Shown one piece after another: positions 50,934-63,778 of a stretch of DNA of 64,000 nt (positions are counted from its first letter, which is position 1; each line of letters begins with the position of its first letter). The DNA comes from Bacteroidales bacterium (GTDB taxonomy: Bacteria > Bacteroidota > Bacteroidia > Bacteroidales > UBA12077). Under the pieces are notes generated by a model. That model was not told the DNA's origin, made no database searches, and worked only from the letters and a program-made list of their open reading frames with translations. Location: positions 1 to 64,000 of the forward strand of contig JANQHR010000047.1 in the NCBI GenBank assembly GCA_028282585.1. The letters are read 5' to 3'. Both the position numbers and the translations under genes were made by a program.

Positions 50934-51188
50934 ATGACAAACAAAAAAGAATTCGACCTGGTACAAATATTTGCCGGAACAACTGTTCAAGCACAAATGG
51001 TGCAAAGCATACTAAAAAGTGAAGGAATTGAGGCATTCCTAAAGGACGAATATATGGGAACTTTGTTTCCTTTTCATACTGCGCCCGGAGCGGCAGGATC
51101 AGTAAAGGTCGTTGTCCCAAACCAGGATTACGAAGCTGCCAAAAAAATTGTAGACAACTATTACAATAATATAAATTCAGATCAATAG
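50934..51188 (+). CDS. DUF2007 / putative signal-transducing protein
   Basis: AQMVQSILKSEGIEAFLKDE...VKVVV...D...AK pattern. Confidence 0.8.
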   Translation: MTNKKEFDLVQIFAGTTVQAQMVQSILKSEGIEAFLKDEYMGTLFPFHTAPGAAGSVKVVVPNQDYEAAKKIVDNYYNNINSDQ

Positions 51189-51191
51189 CTG

Positions 51192-51509
51192 ATGGATAAG
51201 AAAGTACTTTATAAGGAATTATTAAATAAATGTCCGAGGTTTGAACTTAAAGGCAAAAATATGCTTTATACTTCTGCAAACGGGCATATGTTTTCCACGT
51301 TAAATAAAGAAGGAGAATTAGGAATCAGATTCTCTAGAGAAGTTCAGGAAAAATATATAAAAGAATTGGGAACTGATTATTTTAAATCTTATGGAGCCAC
51401 CATGAAGGGTTATGTGTTAATACCTGAAATCCTCTGGAAGGATCTTGATAAACTGGCAAAATATCTGAATGAAAGCTGCGATTATGTAATGTCGCTCGAT
51501 CCAAAATAA
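51192..51509 (+). CDS. Hypothetical protein (TfoX N-terminal-like)
   Basis: NGHMF...GATMKGYVLIP pattern. Confidence 0.65.
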   Translation: MDKKVLYKELLNKCPRFELKGKNMLYTSANGHMFSTLNKEGELGIRFSREVQEKYIKELGTDYFKSYGATMKGYVLIPEILWKDLDKLAKYLNESCDYVMSLDPK

Positions 51510-51511
51510 AA

Positions 51512-51672
51512 GGAGGTGTCCAAAAATTCTTAGTGTTCTTTGTGCCTGCTTTGCGAAACTATGTGGTATAATTATAAAAGGCTGTTACACAGAGAACCAC
51601 AGAGAAGACACAAAGTTACTCAAAGTAAAAAATACGAACAAGATTTAACTATTGTACTTTTTGGACACCCCC
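51512..51672. mobile_element. MITE-like non-autonomous element, 161 bp
   Basis: Terminal inverted repeats GGAGGTGTCCAAAAA / TTTTTGGACACCCCC; second copy at 1-98; no ORF. Confidence 0.75.
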
Positions 51673-51715
51673 TTATGATTATGTATAATGGATATACCAT
51701 TTTTCTTTTGGATAT

Positions 51716-53890
<2,175 letters not shown>

Positions 53891-54126
53891 TTAAGTTAAT
53901 GAATACCCTAAATGTTGGATTTAAATTATTTCAATATAATAAGCAGAGCGAAGTAATATACGAAAATATGAGCATTGTTTCAAGCTTTGGAATACCTAAT
54001 TGTAATCTCATATTTTAGTTAACTTGTTAGATATCAATTTTATTAATAAATGTAGAACTTCTATAAATATGTAAAAATATTCCTCAATAAACTTTAAGGG
54101 ATTTTTTCTTATATTTTGTCTTAAAA

Positions 54127-54657
54127 TTAATTGGTTTTGTTTTCAAAACTTTTTTTGTACTCATCAAAAGATACTGTTTTAAAGGCGTCTTCGGCAAAAA
54201 ACATTAGAACCGGTTCCAAAGCGTCAGCTGTGTAATATCCTGGAACTGCTGTCAGTAGCTGATTGTTTTCATTTAAATATGCCATGGAAGGGTAAGACAT
54301 TTTACCTTGTAATAAAGCAACTGCTAACTGATGGGGTGACCTTCTTCCATTTCCATCGTTTACAAAAAGTTGCCCTGCAAAGTTAATCGTGTCTTTTGAT
54401 TCTGCATCAAACTTAACTGCATAATATTCTTCGTTCAGAATCTTAGCAATAGTTGGATGGGTAAATGTAGTTGCTTCCATTTTTTTGCACCACCCACACC
54501 AATCGGTATAAACATCAATAAAAATTTTTCTTTGTTCTTTCTTATTTAGCTCGATCGCCTCTTCAATACTGTACCATTTTACCTCGTTTTCCTGCCCACT
54601 AACATTTAAACACGTAATAAGGAATATAGCGATATAGCTTATCGTCCATTTTTTCAT
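54127..54657 (-). CDS. Thioredoxin-fold exported protein (DUF255-like)
   Basis: Signal peptide; YTDWCGWCKKM. Confidence 0.88.
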   Translation of the reverse strand: MKKWTISYIAIFLITCLNVSGQENEVKWYSIEEAIELNKKEQRKIFIDVYTDWCGWCKKMEATTFTHPTIAKILNEEYYAVKFDAESKDTINFAGQLFVNDGNGRRSPHQLAVALLQGKMSYPSMAYLNENNQLLTAVPGYYTADALEPVLMFFAEDAFKTVSFDEYKKSFENKTN

Positions 54658-54991
54658 ATCTGGTTCGGTTTTATTTAGAAAAATAAGTTATGTAACTATA
54701 TACATACTTATTTAGTAAACACAAATTTAAACTTTTTTGTTGCATAAATCTAATATTTTTGCAATCCATAAAGGGTTATTATATGACGAAAAACTTCTAA
54801 AAAAGTTATATCAAGGCATACATTTTAATGTTAAGATTTGTTAAAAACCGAATTTGGTAAAGTTGTACTTTAGTTAAAAAGTTATTTTTTCTAAATTTGA
54901 GCTTGCTAAATTTAAATTTGAGAATTAAACAATTCTTTTAAATCTTAGTCTGATTAAATAATTAAAAACAATAAAACGGAGGATTAATTAA

Positions 54992-56449
54992 ATGAGTGAA
55001 ATTCGCAATTTAGAACCCAAAGCTGTATGGGGAATATTTCAGGATTTATGTGATATACCACGTCCATCGAAGAAAGAGCAAAAAGCAGTAGAATTTGCAA
55101 AAAAATTTGGTGAGAATCTTGGATTAGAAACAATCGTTGATAAGATTGGAAATGTAATTATTAAAAAACCCGCAACACCAGGAATGGAGGGCAGAAAAAC
55201 TGTTGTTTTACAAGGACATTTGGATATGGTTCCTCAAAAGAACAGTAATATTGACCATAACTTTGAAACAGATCCAATTCAGCCTTATATTGACGGTGAA
55301 TGGGTTACCGCAAAAGACACAACATTAGGTGCTGACAATGGTATGGGAGTGGCTGCTGCACTGGCTGTTTTACAATCAAAAGATGCTGAGCACGGACCAC
55401 TTGAGGTTCTTCTTACGATTGACGAGGAAAGCGGAATGACAGGTGCTGAAAATTTAGAGGCTGGCATTTTAGATGCTGATATAATGATCAATACTGACTC
55501 TGAGGATGAAGGTGAGCTGTATATTGGTTGTGCTGGTGGAATTGATACCAATGCAAAGTTTCATTTTGAAAAAGAAGATGTACCTGCTGACTCAAAAGTA
55601 TTCAGGATTGATGTTAGAGGATTAAAAGGTGGTCACTCAGGAATGGATATTCCATTGGGAAGAGGAAATGCAAACAAAATTTTGAACAGGCTTTTATATG
55701 CTACAAATAAATCTTTGGATGTAAGATTGGCAGATATACAATCAGGTAGTTTGAGAAATGCTATTCCACGTGAAGGTTTTGCTGTTGTAACAGTTCCAGG
55801 ATCACAGGCAGGTGAATTCAACACAATAATAGAAGAACTTGTTCCTCAAATTAAGGCTGAATTAGAAGTTACTGAACCTGATATGGAAGTTGCAGTTAGC
55901 GAAGTTGATATGCCGGAAAAAGTTATTGACGAGAAAACAAGCAATAATTTAATCAAAGCAATCTACGGTTTTCCGAATGGTGTTATTCGTATGAGTGATG
56001 CAATGGAGGGTTTAGTAGAAACTTCTACAAACCTTGCGGTTATTAAAATGCATGAGGAATGGATTGAGATTGCATCATTACAAAGAAGTTCCGTTGAAAG
56101 TGCAAAAGAAGATTTAGCCAACATGATTCGTTGTATACTTGAGCTGGCAGGAGCTGAAGTTGTTCATGAAGGTGCATATCCGGGATGGAAACCAAACATT
56201 AATTCTCCAATTCTTAAAACAATGCAGGATGTTTACAACAATAAATGGGGTAAAGTGCCTGAAATTAAAGCTATTCATGCTGGATTGGAATGTGGAATTA
56301 TAATGGAAAATTATCCAAACTTGGATACAATTTCATTTGGGCCAACCATCCGTTACCCTCACTCTCCAGATGAGAAAGTAAATATTGAGACAGTTAAAAT
56401 GTTTTACGATTTCTTATTGGAGACTCTAAAGAACATTCCAAAAAAATAA
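54992..56449 (+). CDS. pepD: Aminoacyl-histidine dipeptidase (M20C)
   Basis: LQGHLDMV, LGADNG, DEESG, GGHSG, IHAGLECG and HSPDE motifs. Confidence 0.95.
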   Translation: MSEIRNLEPKAVWGIFQDLCDIPRPSKKEQKAVEFAKKFGENLGLETIVDKIGNVIIKKPATPGMEGRKTVVLQGHLDMVPQKNSNIDHNFETDPIQPYIDGEWVTAKDTTLGADNGMGVAAALAVLQSKDAEHGPLEVLLTIDEESGMTGAENLEAGILDADIMINTDSEDEGELYIGCAGGIDTNAKFHFEKEDVPADSKVFRIDVRGLKGGHSGMDIPLGRGNANKILNRLLYATNKSLDVRLADIQSGSLRNAIPREGFAVVTVPGSQAGEFNTIIEELVPQIKAELEVTEPDMEVAVSEVDMPEKVIDEKTSNNLIKAIYGFPNGVIRMSDAMEGLVETSTNLAVIKMHEEWIEIASLQRSSVESAKEDLANMIRCILELAGAEVVHEGAYPGWKPNINSPILKTMQDVYNNKWGKVPEIKAIHAGLECGIIMENYPNLDTISFGPTIRYPHSPDEKVNIETVKMFYDFLLETLKNIPKK

Positions 56450-56465
56450 TATATTTTGAATTTCT

Positions 56466-56501
56466 AAAAAGGTGCAGCTTTTTGAAGTTAGCACCTTTTT
56501 T
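56466..56501 (+). terminator. Intrinsic terminator after pepD
   Basis: AAAAAGGTGC...GCACCTTTTTT. Confidence 0.75.
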
Positions 56502-56616
56502 GTTTGAGTAAATTGAAGTTAATCACATGATGGCTCAATGTCATTGTTTGAATAAAATAAACTCAAAATTTACTTTACAAGTTTTTATTAGTAAATTGGT
56601 TAAAAATCAGTTTGCT

Positions 56617-57273
56617 ATGAGAACTAAACAGAAATATCTGGTATTTATAATACTTGCTTTATTCCTAGGATGCGGCCCTTATATATGGTTTAAAGTACCA
56701 CAACCTGCCGGAGGTAAAAATTTAACCGAATTTCCTGACCTTGTATTAGGCAAATATGCATCCTTAGTTGATACCAATGTTATTAGAATAAAGAAGGATA
56801 AAATCATAAGAGAATATAGAGAGAATCTTCTTATGACAAAAATTGAATTTAGAGAGGAGGTAGGAGATACTATTTCGGAAGATACTTCTTTTATGTTTAC
56901 AGATAACTGGAAAATTGATATCAGATCATACGGTGATTCAATTAAAGTTTTTTCAAGTAAAGATGAGGAACTTTTTAAAATATCGGAAATCCAATTACTA
57001 CGAGCCTATAAAAGTTATTACTTTTTAAACTATAAAGATACTAATGATTACTGGAAAGTTAAGATATTAAGATTAGTTGGTGATACATTAGAGTTTGATT
57101 TTATATTGAAGGAAGAAGATATCAAAAGCATTAAAGGAATTACTAAAATTAAAGTATCTACTGATTCTATCAAAGGTGCCTCGAAGTATTTTTTAGATCC
57201 AACAAAAAGAGAATTAAGGAAGATCTTGAAGCAGAGAAAAAAGGGTGAAAAGTACGTAAAATCTAAGATGTAG
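56617..57273 (+). CDS. Hypothetical lipoprotein
   Basis: MRTKQK...LFLGC lipobox; ATG 56617 preferred. Confidence 0.75.
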   Translation: MRTKQKYLVFIILALFLGCGPYIWFKVPQPAGGKNLTEFPDLVLGKYASLVDTNVIRIKKDKIIREYRENLLMTKIEFREEVGDTISEDTSFMFTDNWKIDIRSYGDSIKVFSSKDEELFKISEIQLLRAYKSYYFLNYKDTNDYWKVKILRLVGDTLEFDFILKEEDIKSIKGITKIKVSTDSIKGASKYFLDPTKRELRKILKQRKKGEKYVKSKM

Positions 57274-57333
57274 AAAGAATCATTTCTTTTTTTCAAATAA
57301 TGTATTTATTTTCACTTTTGAAAATAGAGAATC

Positions 57334-58446
57334 ATGATGGACCAAAATAAAGATTTACAACCTTTTAAGCCCGATAACAGAGAAGTTACAAAATACGATT
57401 TTTTAATTTGTCCTAATTGTAGTACTGAAGAGGTTGGAAAATATTGCCCTAATTGTGGCCAATTCAATAAAGATTATAATAAACCACTGAAAGAAATCTT
57501 CAGCGATTTAATGGATTCAATTAATTTAGATATCCGTTTGATTAAAACTTTAGTACCTTTCTTTTTTAAACCAGGCTATTTAACTCAAGAATATTTTAAA
57601 GGTAAAAGAAGAAGATACGTTCCTCCGATGCGAATGTATATTTTGTTTAGTGTTTTATTTTTCTTTTTGGCAAAGTTTACCGATTTAGATAGTTTAAAGG
57701 AAATGGGTAAAGTAACTGGCAATAGTATGACGGATTCAATTAACCATGAAGTATCCATGGCAATTACCGAGGCCGAAAATCAATTTAAAATAGGGATAGA
57801 GCAAGCAGGAATTCCTTTGGATTCAAGTAATGTGGTATACGCGGAAGTTTTAAAAGATACAGCAAAATGGTTTCCAAAAAATGTACAGTGGACTACTGAA
57901 ACAAATCGCGATACTACCCAACGATCATTAAATGATTTTTCTCCTGAAGAAATACAAAAGTTAAAGGATGAGATAGAAGCAGATACAACTCTTTCGAAGG
58001 GTGTGAAAGAGGTTGTTGGTGGCACTTTAAATGTTACGGAAAAAATGGACCTGTTCTGGGATAAGTTTCTTAATAATGCCTCTTATGTCTTATTTCTTTT
58101 AATGCCATTCTTTGCACTTATTCTTGCACTTACTTTGTGGAGATCGAAAAAATTATATGTGCACCATTTGATATTTTCTATTAATTACCACTCGTTTATT
58201 TTTGGTTTTTCTTCTTTACTAATAGTATTAGGAATGATTTTACCCGAGAAATTAGTTCCTTATTTATCTTATTTATTTTGGGGTTACCCACTTTACCTGA
58301 TGTTTGGCATACGAAGATTTTATAAAAGAAGTATTGTTGGTGCTTTTTTTAAAACATTTGGTATAACTTTATTGTATTCACTTATAATTTCTATTGTAGT
58401 GATTATTATAATAGTTTTTACTGCAAAAGGATTTTACGAAGGATAA
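57334..58446 (+). CDS. DUF3667 domain membrane protein
   Basis: CPNC...YCPNCGQ zinc ribbon, PG.LT.EY..G.R.RY..P, HLIFSIN.H motifs. Confidence 0.88.
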   Translation: MMDQNKDLQPFKPDNREVTKYDFLICPNCSTEEVGKYCPNCGQFNKDYNKPLKEIFSDLMDSINLDIRLIKTLVPFFFKPGYLTQEYFKGKRRRYVPPMRMYILFSVLFFFLAKFTDLDSLKEMGKVTGNSMTDSINHEVSMAITEAENQFKIGIEQAGIPLDSSNVVYAEVLKDTAKWFPKNVQWTTETNRDTTQRSLNDFSPEEIQKLKDEIEADTTLSKGVKEVVGGTLNVTEKMDLFWDKFLNNASYVLFLLMPFFALILALTLWRSKKLYVHHLIFSINYHSFIFGFSSLLIVLGMILPEKLVPYLSYLFWGYPLYLMFGIRRFYKRSIVGAFFKTFGITLLYSLIISIVVIIIIVFTAKGFYEG

Positions 58447-58458
58447 ATTTAAAAAACT

Positions 58459-58821
58459 ATGATAAAATTAGTTGATAAGCCATCTATAATTAAGGCTGCC
58501 GGAACAAAAGAAAAAATTATTGAAGAGTTTTTTGGAATAATAAACTCTGAAGATTCAAATGTAAGTATAGCTAGAATGAAAAGTCCCGAAGATTGGGAGG
58601 AGCCAGGACAAAAGCCTGAATTTGATGAATATACAATTGTACTTAAAGGGACTTTACATGTAAAAACGAAATTGAAAGAATACAATGTTACAGCTGGACA
58701 AGGAATATTAATTGGAAAAAATGAATGGGTACAATATAGTACGCCGTTTGAAGGCGGTGCAGAGTATGTTGCAATTTGCCTGCCTGCTTTTTCTCCCGAT
58801 ACCGTTAATAGAGATGAATAA
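58459..58821 (+). CDS. Cupin domain protein
   Basis: EPGQKPEFDEYTIVLKG and AICLPAFSP motifs. Confidence 0.85.
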   Translation: MIKLVDKPSIIKAAGTKEKIIEEFFGIINSEDSNVSIARMKSPEDWEEPGQKPEFDEYTIVLKGTLHVKTKLKEYNVTAGQGILIGKNEWVQYSTPFEGGAEYVAICLPAFSPDTVNRDE

Positions 58822-58844
58822 AAAACCTGCTCTAGCAGGTTTTT
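58821..58844. terminator. Bidirectional terminator between convergent genes
   Basis: AAAAACCTGC TCTA GCAGGTTTTT. Confidence 0.75.
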
Positions 58845-58851
58845 ATCATAT

Positions 58852-61800
58852 CTAGAATTTTATTCCAATAACAATTACATCATCTATCTGGTCTAATTCT
58901 CCTTTCCATTTATAAAACTTTTCTTCAAGAATTTGTTTCTGTTTACTCATGGGTTGATTTTGAATTTCACCTAGCAGTTTCTTGAAGTTTCCGCTTTTAA
59001 ATTTAGTTTGAACAGGTCCTCCAAACTGATCAACATAACCATCGGAGAAGATATAAATGCAATCACCACTTTTTAACTTTATCTCATGATTTGTAAAATG
59101 ATCTTTCTCAACATGATATATTCCAATTGGCATTCGGTCAGCCTTATAGACCTGGAGTTCACCATCTCTGAATAAATACAATGGATTATACGCGCCTGCA
59201 TACTCTAAAATATTTTTGCCTTTATGCAATATACACATGGCCATATCCATTCCATCTTTATTCTCACCTTCTTTACCCGTTTGTCGTAATGAAAATTTAA
59301 TTTTGGTACGCAGCAGTTCTAGTATTCTTGCAGCAGTTAAACCATTATTTTCGTTACCGAATATTTCATTTAATGATGATACACCCAGCATACTCATAAA
59401 TGCCCCGGGAACTCCATGACCTGTGCAATCGGCAGCAGTAAAATATAGTTTATCCTTATCTTCGGCAATCCAGTAGAAATCACCGCTTACTATATCTCTG
59501 GGTTTAAATAGAACAAAGTGATCAACAAATGCTTTTTGGAAATGATCCTTTAATGGTAAAATAGCAGTTTGTATTCTACTTGCATAATTTATACTATCCG
59601 TAATTTCTTCTTTTTGCCGAAGGATTTCATCTCGCTGTATCGTAATTTCATCTCTCTGGGCTTCAATTTCTTCTGCTTTTTCCTGAATCTCTATAGTTCT
59701 TTCATGAACTTTTTGTTCAAGCACTTTCTTATCATGAATTAATTTGCGCTCTCGTACTTTTGAAATGAACATGAAAATAGCAATTGCACCAGCCGCGATA
59801 AGAATATAAAACCAGATACTTTCAGTAAATGGAGGCTCAATAGTAAATTTTACAGATTTAATTTCGCTTTTATTTCCCCAGATATCTTGTGCTCTTACAT
59901 TTAAAGTATATTCACCGGATTTAACTATTAAATTAATATCCTGATTTGTACTCCAGTCCGACCAATCATTCATTAATCCATCAACAAAATATTGATAACG
60001 TGTAGAGTTTTTCTTGATATAAAATGGAGCAATTATTTGAACATATATTGCTTTATTATCCGGATCGAAACTCAAATCGGAAAGTTCAAATAATATTCCC
60101 TTTTCGTTCTGAATTTGATTAAAAAATATATTAAAATCGGGTCTTAAAACATGAAACTTTGAGTGGTTGATCTTATATAACTGGTTATTATTATTGATAA
60201 TCCAAATATTGTTTTTGTTGTCAGCAACTATTGACGAAATATCATCAAATAACTTAAGAATTGATTTTTCCTGATCGGACCACACCGATTCATTATTTAA
60301 ACATGACCATTCATTACTTACTTTAAGCCATGGATATGTTTGTTGATTAAGAATGAATTTTGTCCTTGTTTGTTCTTCGAAAAAATCTGGTTTATAGGCT
60401 AAGAATGAATCCACTTTCTCATCAAAATAATATAATCCTGATTCAAGAAATAAAAATAGTGAATCATTGACAAAATCTAATTTGTATTGTTCAGGAAAAT
60501 CCGTTTGAACGTTGTAATATTTTAAATCTTTTGGTTCACCTAATGAATCGATCAAAAACGAGTAAACCTGGTTATATCCTCCTAACCAGGCATTGTTTTT
60601 ATTAAGAATATTTACAGAGTAAACCGGTTCAATAAAATCAACAAAGTTATACTCTGGTTTCCATTCTTTATCTTCATAGACAATTGAAAAAAGACCATCT
60701 TCTGTAGAAATATAGTAACTGCCTGATTTGCTAATATTACTTATTTGATTGATATATCTGTTCTTAACTATTTCTTTTACTTTATAGTTGTCGATATGAT
60801 AAAGACCATTATTTGTGGCTACCAAAATACCATGTTTTGTTGAAACTAACTGGTTACACTTATCGTCCAGCTCTTCAATCTTTTTATAAATGTAATTGAT
60901 AGATTTTAACGTACTAACTGTTTTTTTTACATAAGTTGGTTTGGTTGATTTTTTAATTGGTAATTGAATACGTTTTTGCTCGCTTTCCTTTTCAGTAGCT
61001 TTTTTTTCTTCCGCTTTTTTTCCAAAAAGTCTTGAAAAAAGTTTTTTAGTGGGTTTCTTTTCTACGTTTGACTGAGTTGAAGTTTTTGTCGAAGCACTGG
61101 CTGTTGTATTTTTTCTTCTTGCAGGACTTGATTTTACCCAAACATCAACTTCATTATAATCCTTGACCTCCGATAAGTAATAAACACCTTCATTTGTAGC
61201 AACATACAGCTCGTTGTTATGCCAAACCGATGATATTAAATTTCCTTTTAATCCCGGGTAAGTGGTATAATTTCTTAAAGGTAAATTGAAGTCAACCCGA
61301 CTAACGCCAAATTCATGCGTTATCCATAATCCATTATTATTATCGAGACCTAAAGCATAGATTTCGTCATCGAGTAATCCATTTTGATAATTAACTGTGT
61401 AAACTATTTTACCGGTTTTTTTATTTACAATTTCAACTCCACCGAATAACGTTCCAAAGGCATATAAAGTATCCGATATTATTTGTCCATCGGCAAGTAT
61501 ACTTTCCGCTAAATAACCTTCATCATTTATATCATAGTTGTAATATTTTATTCCATCAAAAGTATAAAGCTCACTTTCATCGGTACCAACTAATACTCTG
61601 CTATCATTATAAGGTAAACTAAAAAGGATTTCACTACTTTCAGTATAAAACCCTGTTACTATAGGAAATAAAGTGTCACTTTCCAAACGATATAGACCTT
61701 CGCTAAAAACATTAAAAAAAGTATTTTTATGAGTTGTGAACATACCTGTGAAAGGCTTGTTATCTTTTGCATTCCAACGTTTATATTCATCATAATTATT

Positions 61801-62244
61801 AACTGAATGCCTGGTTATTGTACTTTCCCCATAGAAAAAAATTGTTGAATCTGTAAAAAATATTTTAGTTATCATTCCAACATCGGTTGTATCCGGAATC
61901 AGTGAATTATACTCAATTTCTCCTTTGCTATTTCTTTCTAAAAAACCATAGTTGTTGTTCGCACCTACGTACACTTTTTGATTTATTGGATTCTTCTTGA
62001 TAGCGAATGGAATAAACTGAAGTTTTATAAGATCCCAATTTTGACCATCGAATGTAATTATACCTTTTCGATTTGCAAATAGCATAACATTTTGATTATC
62101 CTGACTTATAGACCAGTTTTTGGTTTCAATTTCCTTACTCTCTTTAAAATGCGTTATAAAGGGAGTTCCGTCCTGAGCAAGAGTTGTATCGTTTAGAATA
62201 AACAGTACAAAAATCAAACTTGCAAGCAAAAGATTTTTTATCAT
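58852..62244 (-). CDS. Membrane sensor: periplasmic beta-propeller/YYY domain + coiled coil + SpoIIE (PP2C) phosphatase
   Basis: Signal peptide, propeller repeats, TM; VSGDFY, ADCTGHGVPGA, SDGYVDQFGG and QIDD motifs. Confidence 0.92.
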   Translation of the reverse strand: MIKNLLLASLIFVLFILNDTTLAQDGTPFITHFKESKEIETKNWSISQDNQNVMLFANRKGIITFDGQNWDLIKLQFIPFAIKKNPINQKVYVGANNNYGFLERNSKGEIEYNSLIPDTTDVGMITKIFFTDSTIFFYGESTITRHSVNNYDEYKRWNAKDNKPFTGMFTTHKNTFFNVFSEGLYRLESDTLFPIVTGFYTESSEILFSLPYNDSRVLVGTDESELYTFDGIKYYNYDINDEGYLAESILADGQIISDTLYAFGTLFGGVEIVNKKTGKIVYTVNYQNGLLDDEIYALGLDNNNGLWITHEFGVSRVDFNLPLRNYTTYPGLKGNLISSVWHNNELYVATNEGVYYLSEVKDYNEVDVWVKSSPARRKNTTASASTKTSTQSNVEKKPTKKLFSRLFGKKAEEKKATEKESEQKRIQLPIKKSTKPTYVKKTVSTLKSINYIYKKIEELDDKCNQLVSTKHGILVATNNGLYHIDNYKVKEIVKNRYINQISNISKSGSYYISTEDGLFSIVYEDKEWKPEYNFVDFIEPVYSVNILNKNNAWLGGYNQVYSFLIDSLGEPKDLKYYNVQTDFPEQYKLDFVNDSLFLFLESGLYYFDEKVDSFLAYKPDFFEEQTRTKFILNQQTYPWLKVSNEWSCLNNESVWSDQEKSILKLFDDISSIVADNKNNIWIINNNNQLYKINHSKFHVLRPDFNIFFNQIQNEKGILFELSDLSFDPDNKAIYVQIIAPFYIKKNSTRYQYFVDGLMNDWSDWSTNQDINLIVKSGEYTLNVRAQDIWGNKSEIKSVKFTIEPPFTESIWFYILIAAGAIAIFMFISKVRERKLIHDKKVLEQKVHERTIEIQEKAEEIEAQRDEITIQRDEILRQKEEITDSINYASRIQTAILPLKDHFQKAFVDHFVLFKPRDIVSGDFYWIAEDKDKLYFTAADCTGHGVPGAFMSMLGVSSLNEIFGNENNGLTAARILELLRTKIKFSLRQTGKEGENKDGMDMAMCILHKGKNILEYAGAYNPLYLFRDGELQVYKADRMPIGIYHVEKDHFTNHEIKLKSGDCIYIFSDGYVDQFGGPVQTKFKSGNFKKLLGEIQNQPMSKQKQILEEKFYKWKGELDQIDDVIVIGIKF

Positions 62245-62469
62245 AAGAATGGAGTTCTGTTAATAATAATCAGGCTTATAATTTACTAAAAATTATCGTA
62301 CCTAAAGATTTACAAATGATATTTTTATGTTAAAACTTTTGTAAATTCATATAGTTTATTTATCTAATAAAATTGTATATTCATGTAAATTATTGTTATC
62401 TCTCTTTTTGATTAGGTAACTTGCAAAAATTGGAATCGTAAATATGTAATGTCTTTGAATTATTAGGTT

Positions 62470-63552
62470 TTGAGTATAAAAAATGAAAACATATTAGAAC
62501 TCTCTGATGAAACAATAATTCCGTTAAGTAAGTTTTCAAAAAGATCACTTAACTCTTTCGAAAACAAAAATCTAATGGAATATGGTGTTTTTAGCGAAGA
62601 GGTTCATCAAAAACTTAAAGAATTAAAGAAGCTTCACAATAAAAAACAAATTCCTATATTAGTTACAGGGAAAACAGGCTCCGGAAAAGAAGTAATTGCT
62701 AAATACATACAGTACGAAGTTGATAATAATGAAGGACCATACGTAGCGATTAACTGCTCAAATGTTAACAAGGAAGTGTTCGAGGCAGAGCTATTTGGCT
62801 ACAATAAAGGAGCATTTACGGGCGCCAATAGTGATGGAAAAAAAGGGTACATTGAACTAGCAGAAAATGGTACTTTATTTTTAGATGAGATAACTGAAGT
62901 GGAAAGAGATGTACAGGTAAAACTATTAAGAGTACTTCAGGAAAGAGAATATTACAGATTAGGAGGTGATAAAAGTTATAATGTAAATTGCCGGATAATA
63001 GGAGCTACAAATAGAGATATAAGAGAGTTGGTTAAAAAGGGAGAGTTTCGAGAAGATTTATTTTACAGATTAAATATTGTAGAGCTGAATGTTCCGGGTT
63101 TAAAAGATAGAAAAGATGAAATTATCCCATTGTTAGGTTGGTTTATTAAAAATTTAAACAAACAATTTGGTAAAAACATAAATTTTGTTGAGGCAAAGGT
63201 TTTAAAGTTGTTCTATCACTATGATTGGCCTGGTAATATTAGGGAGTTAAAGAACCTCATTACGCAGGTAATGATATTTATAGAAAGTGATACTATTAAA
63301 TTTGAGCATTTACAGATAAAAGATAAACTGGATAGACTGCATACAGAACAAATGTCTACTAATATTAAAATTGATTCTTATAGTAAAGAAAACATAATAG
63401 AAAAACTCCTGGAAAATTCCTTTAATGTGGAAGAGTTCACGCTTGATATTGTTAGAGCTGCACTTAAAAAATTTGAAGGAAACAAAACAAAAGCAGCTAA
63501 ATATCTGGGACTAAAAAGAGAACAGTTGTATAATCGGTTTAAATTAAACTAA
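62470..63552 (+). CDS. Sigma54-dependent enhancer-binding protein (AAA+ plus Fis-type HTH) without a regulatory domain
   Basis: GKTGSGKE, GAFTGA, LFLDEI, FREDLFYRL, WPGNIREL and GNKTKAA motifs. Confidence 0.9.
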   Translation: MSIKNENILELSDETIIPLSKFSKRSLNSFENKNLMEYGVFSEEVHQKLKELKKLHNKKQIPILVTGKTGSGKEVIAKYIQYEVDNNEGPYVAINCSNVNKEVFEAELFGYNKGAFTGANSDGKKGYIELAENGTLFLDEITEVERDVQVKLLRVLQEREYYRLGGDKSYNVNCRIIGATNRDIRELVKKGEFREDLFYRLNIVELNVPGLKDRKDEIIPLLGWFIKNLNKQFGKNINFVEAKVLKLFYHYDWPGNIRELKNLITQVMIFIESDTIKFEHLQIKDKLDRLHTEQMSTNIKIDSYSKENIIEKLLENSFNVEEFTLDIVRAALKKFEGNKTKAAKYLGLKREQLYNRFKLN

Positions 63553-63553
63553 G

Positions 63554-63666
63554 TGTAAGTTTTCTTACAGTTCAAATTCCTTGACTATTTTAACAAATTT
63601 ATTACTTAATATTAAAATTGTAAGATTTCTTACAATTTTATTTCTTTTTTTGTTTAATTTCTTACA
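63554..63666. promoter_or_regulatory. Three TGT-N10-ACA upstream activator sites
   Basis: TGTAAGTTTTCTTACA (63554), TGTAAGATTTCTTACA (63619), TGTTTAATTTCTTACA (63651). Confidence 0.7.
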
Positions 63667-63728
63667 ACTACAACTATTTAGAACGTGTTTAAATAGTTAA
63701 AAATTTGATTATCATTTAGTTGAAAATT

Positions 63729-63745
63729 TTGGTATAAGTGTTGAA
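63729..63745 (+). promoter_or_regulatory. Putative sigma54 -24/-12 promoter
   Basis: TTGGTATAAGTGTTGAA, GG-N10-GA, downstream of the UAS sites. Confidence 0.6.
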
Positions 63746-63778
63746 TATTTTAAAACCGGGTTAATAAATTATACCAAA

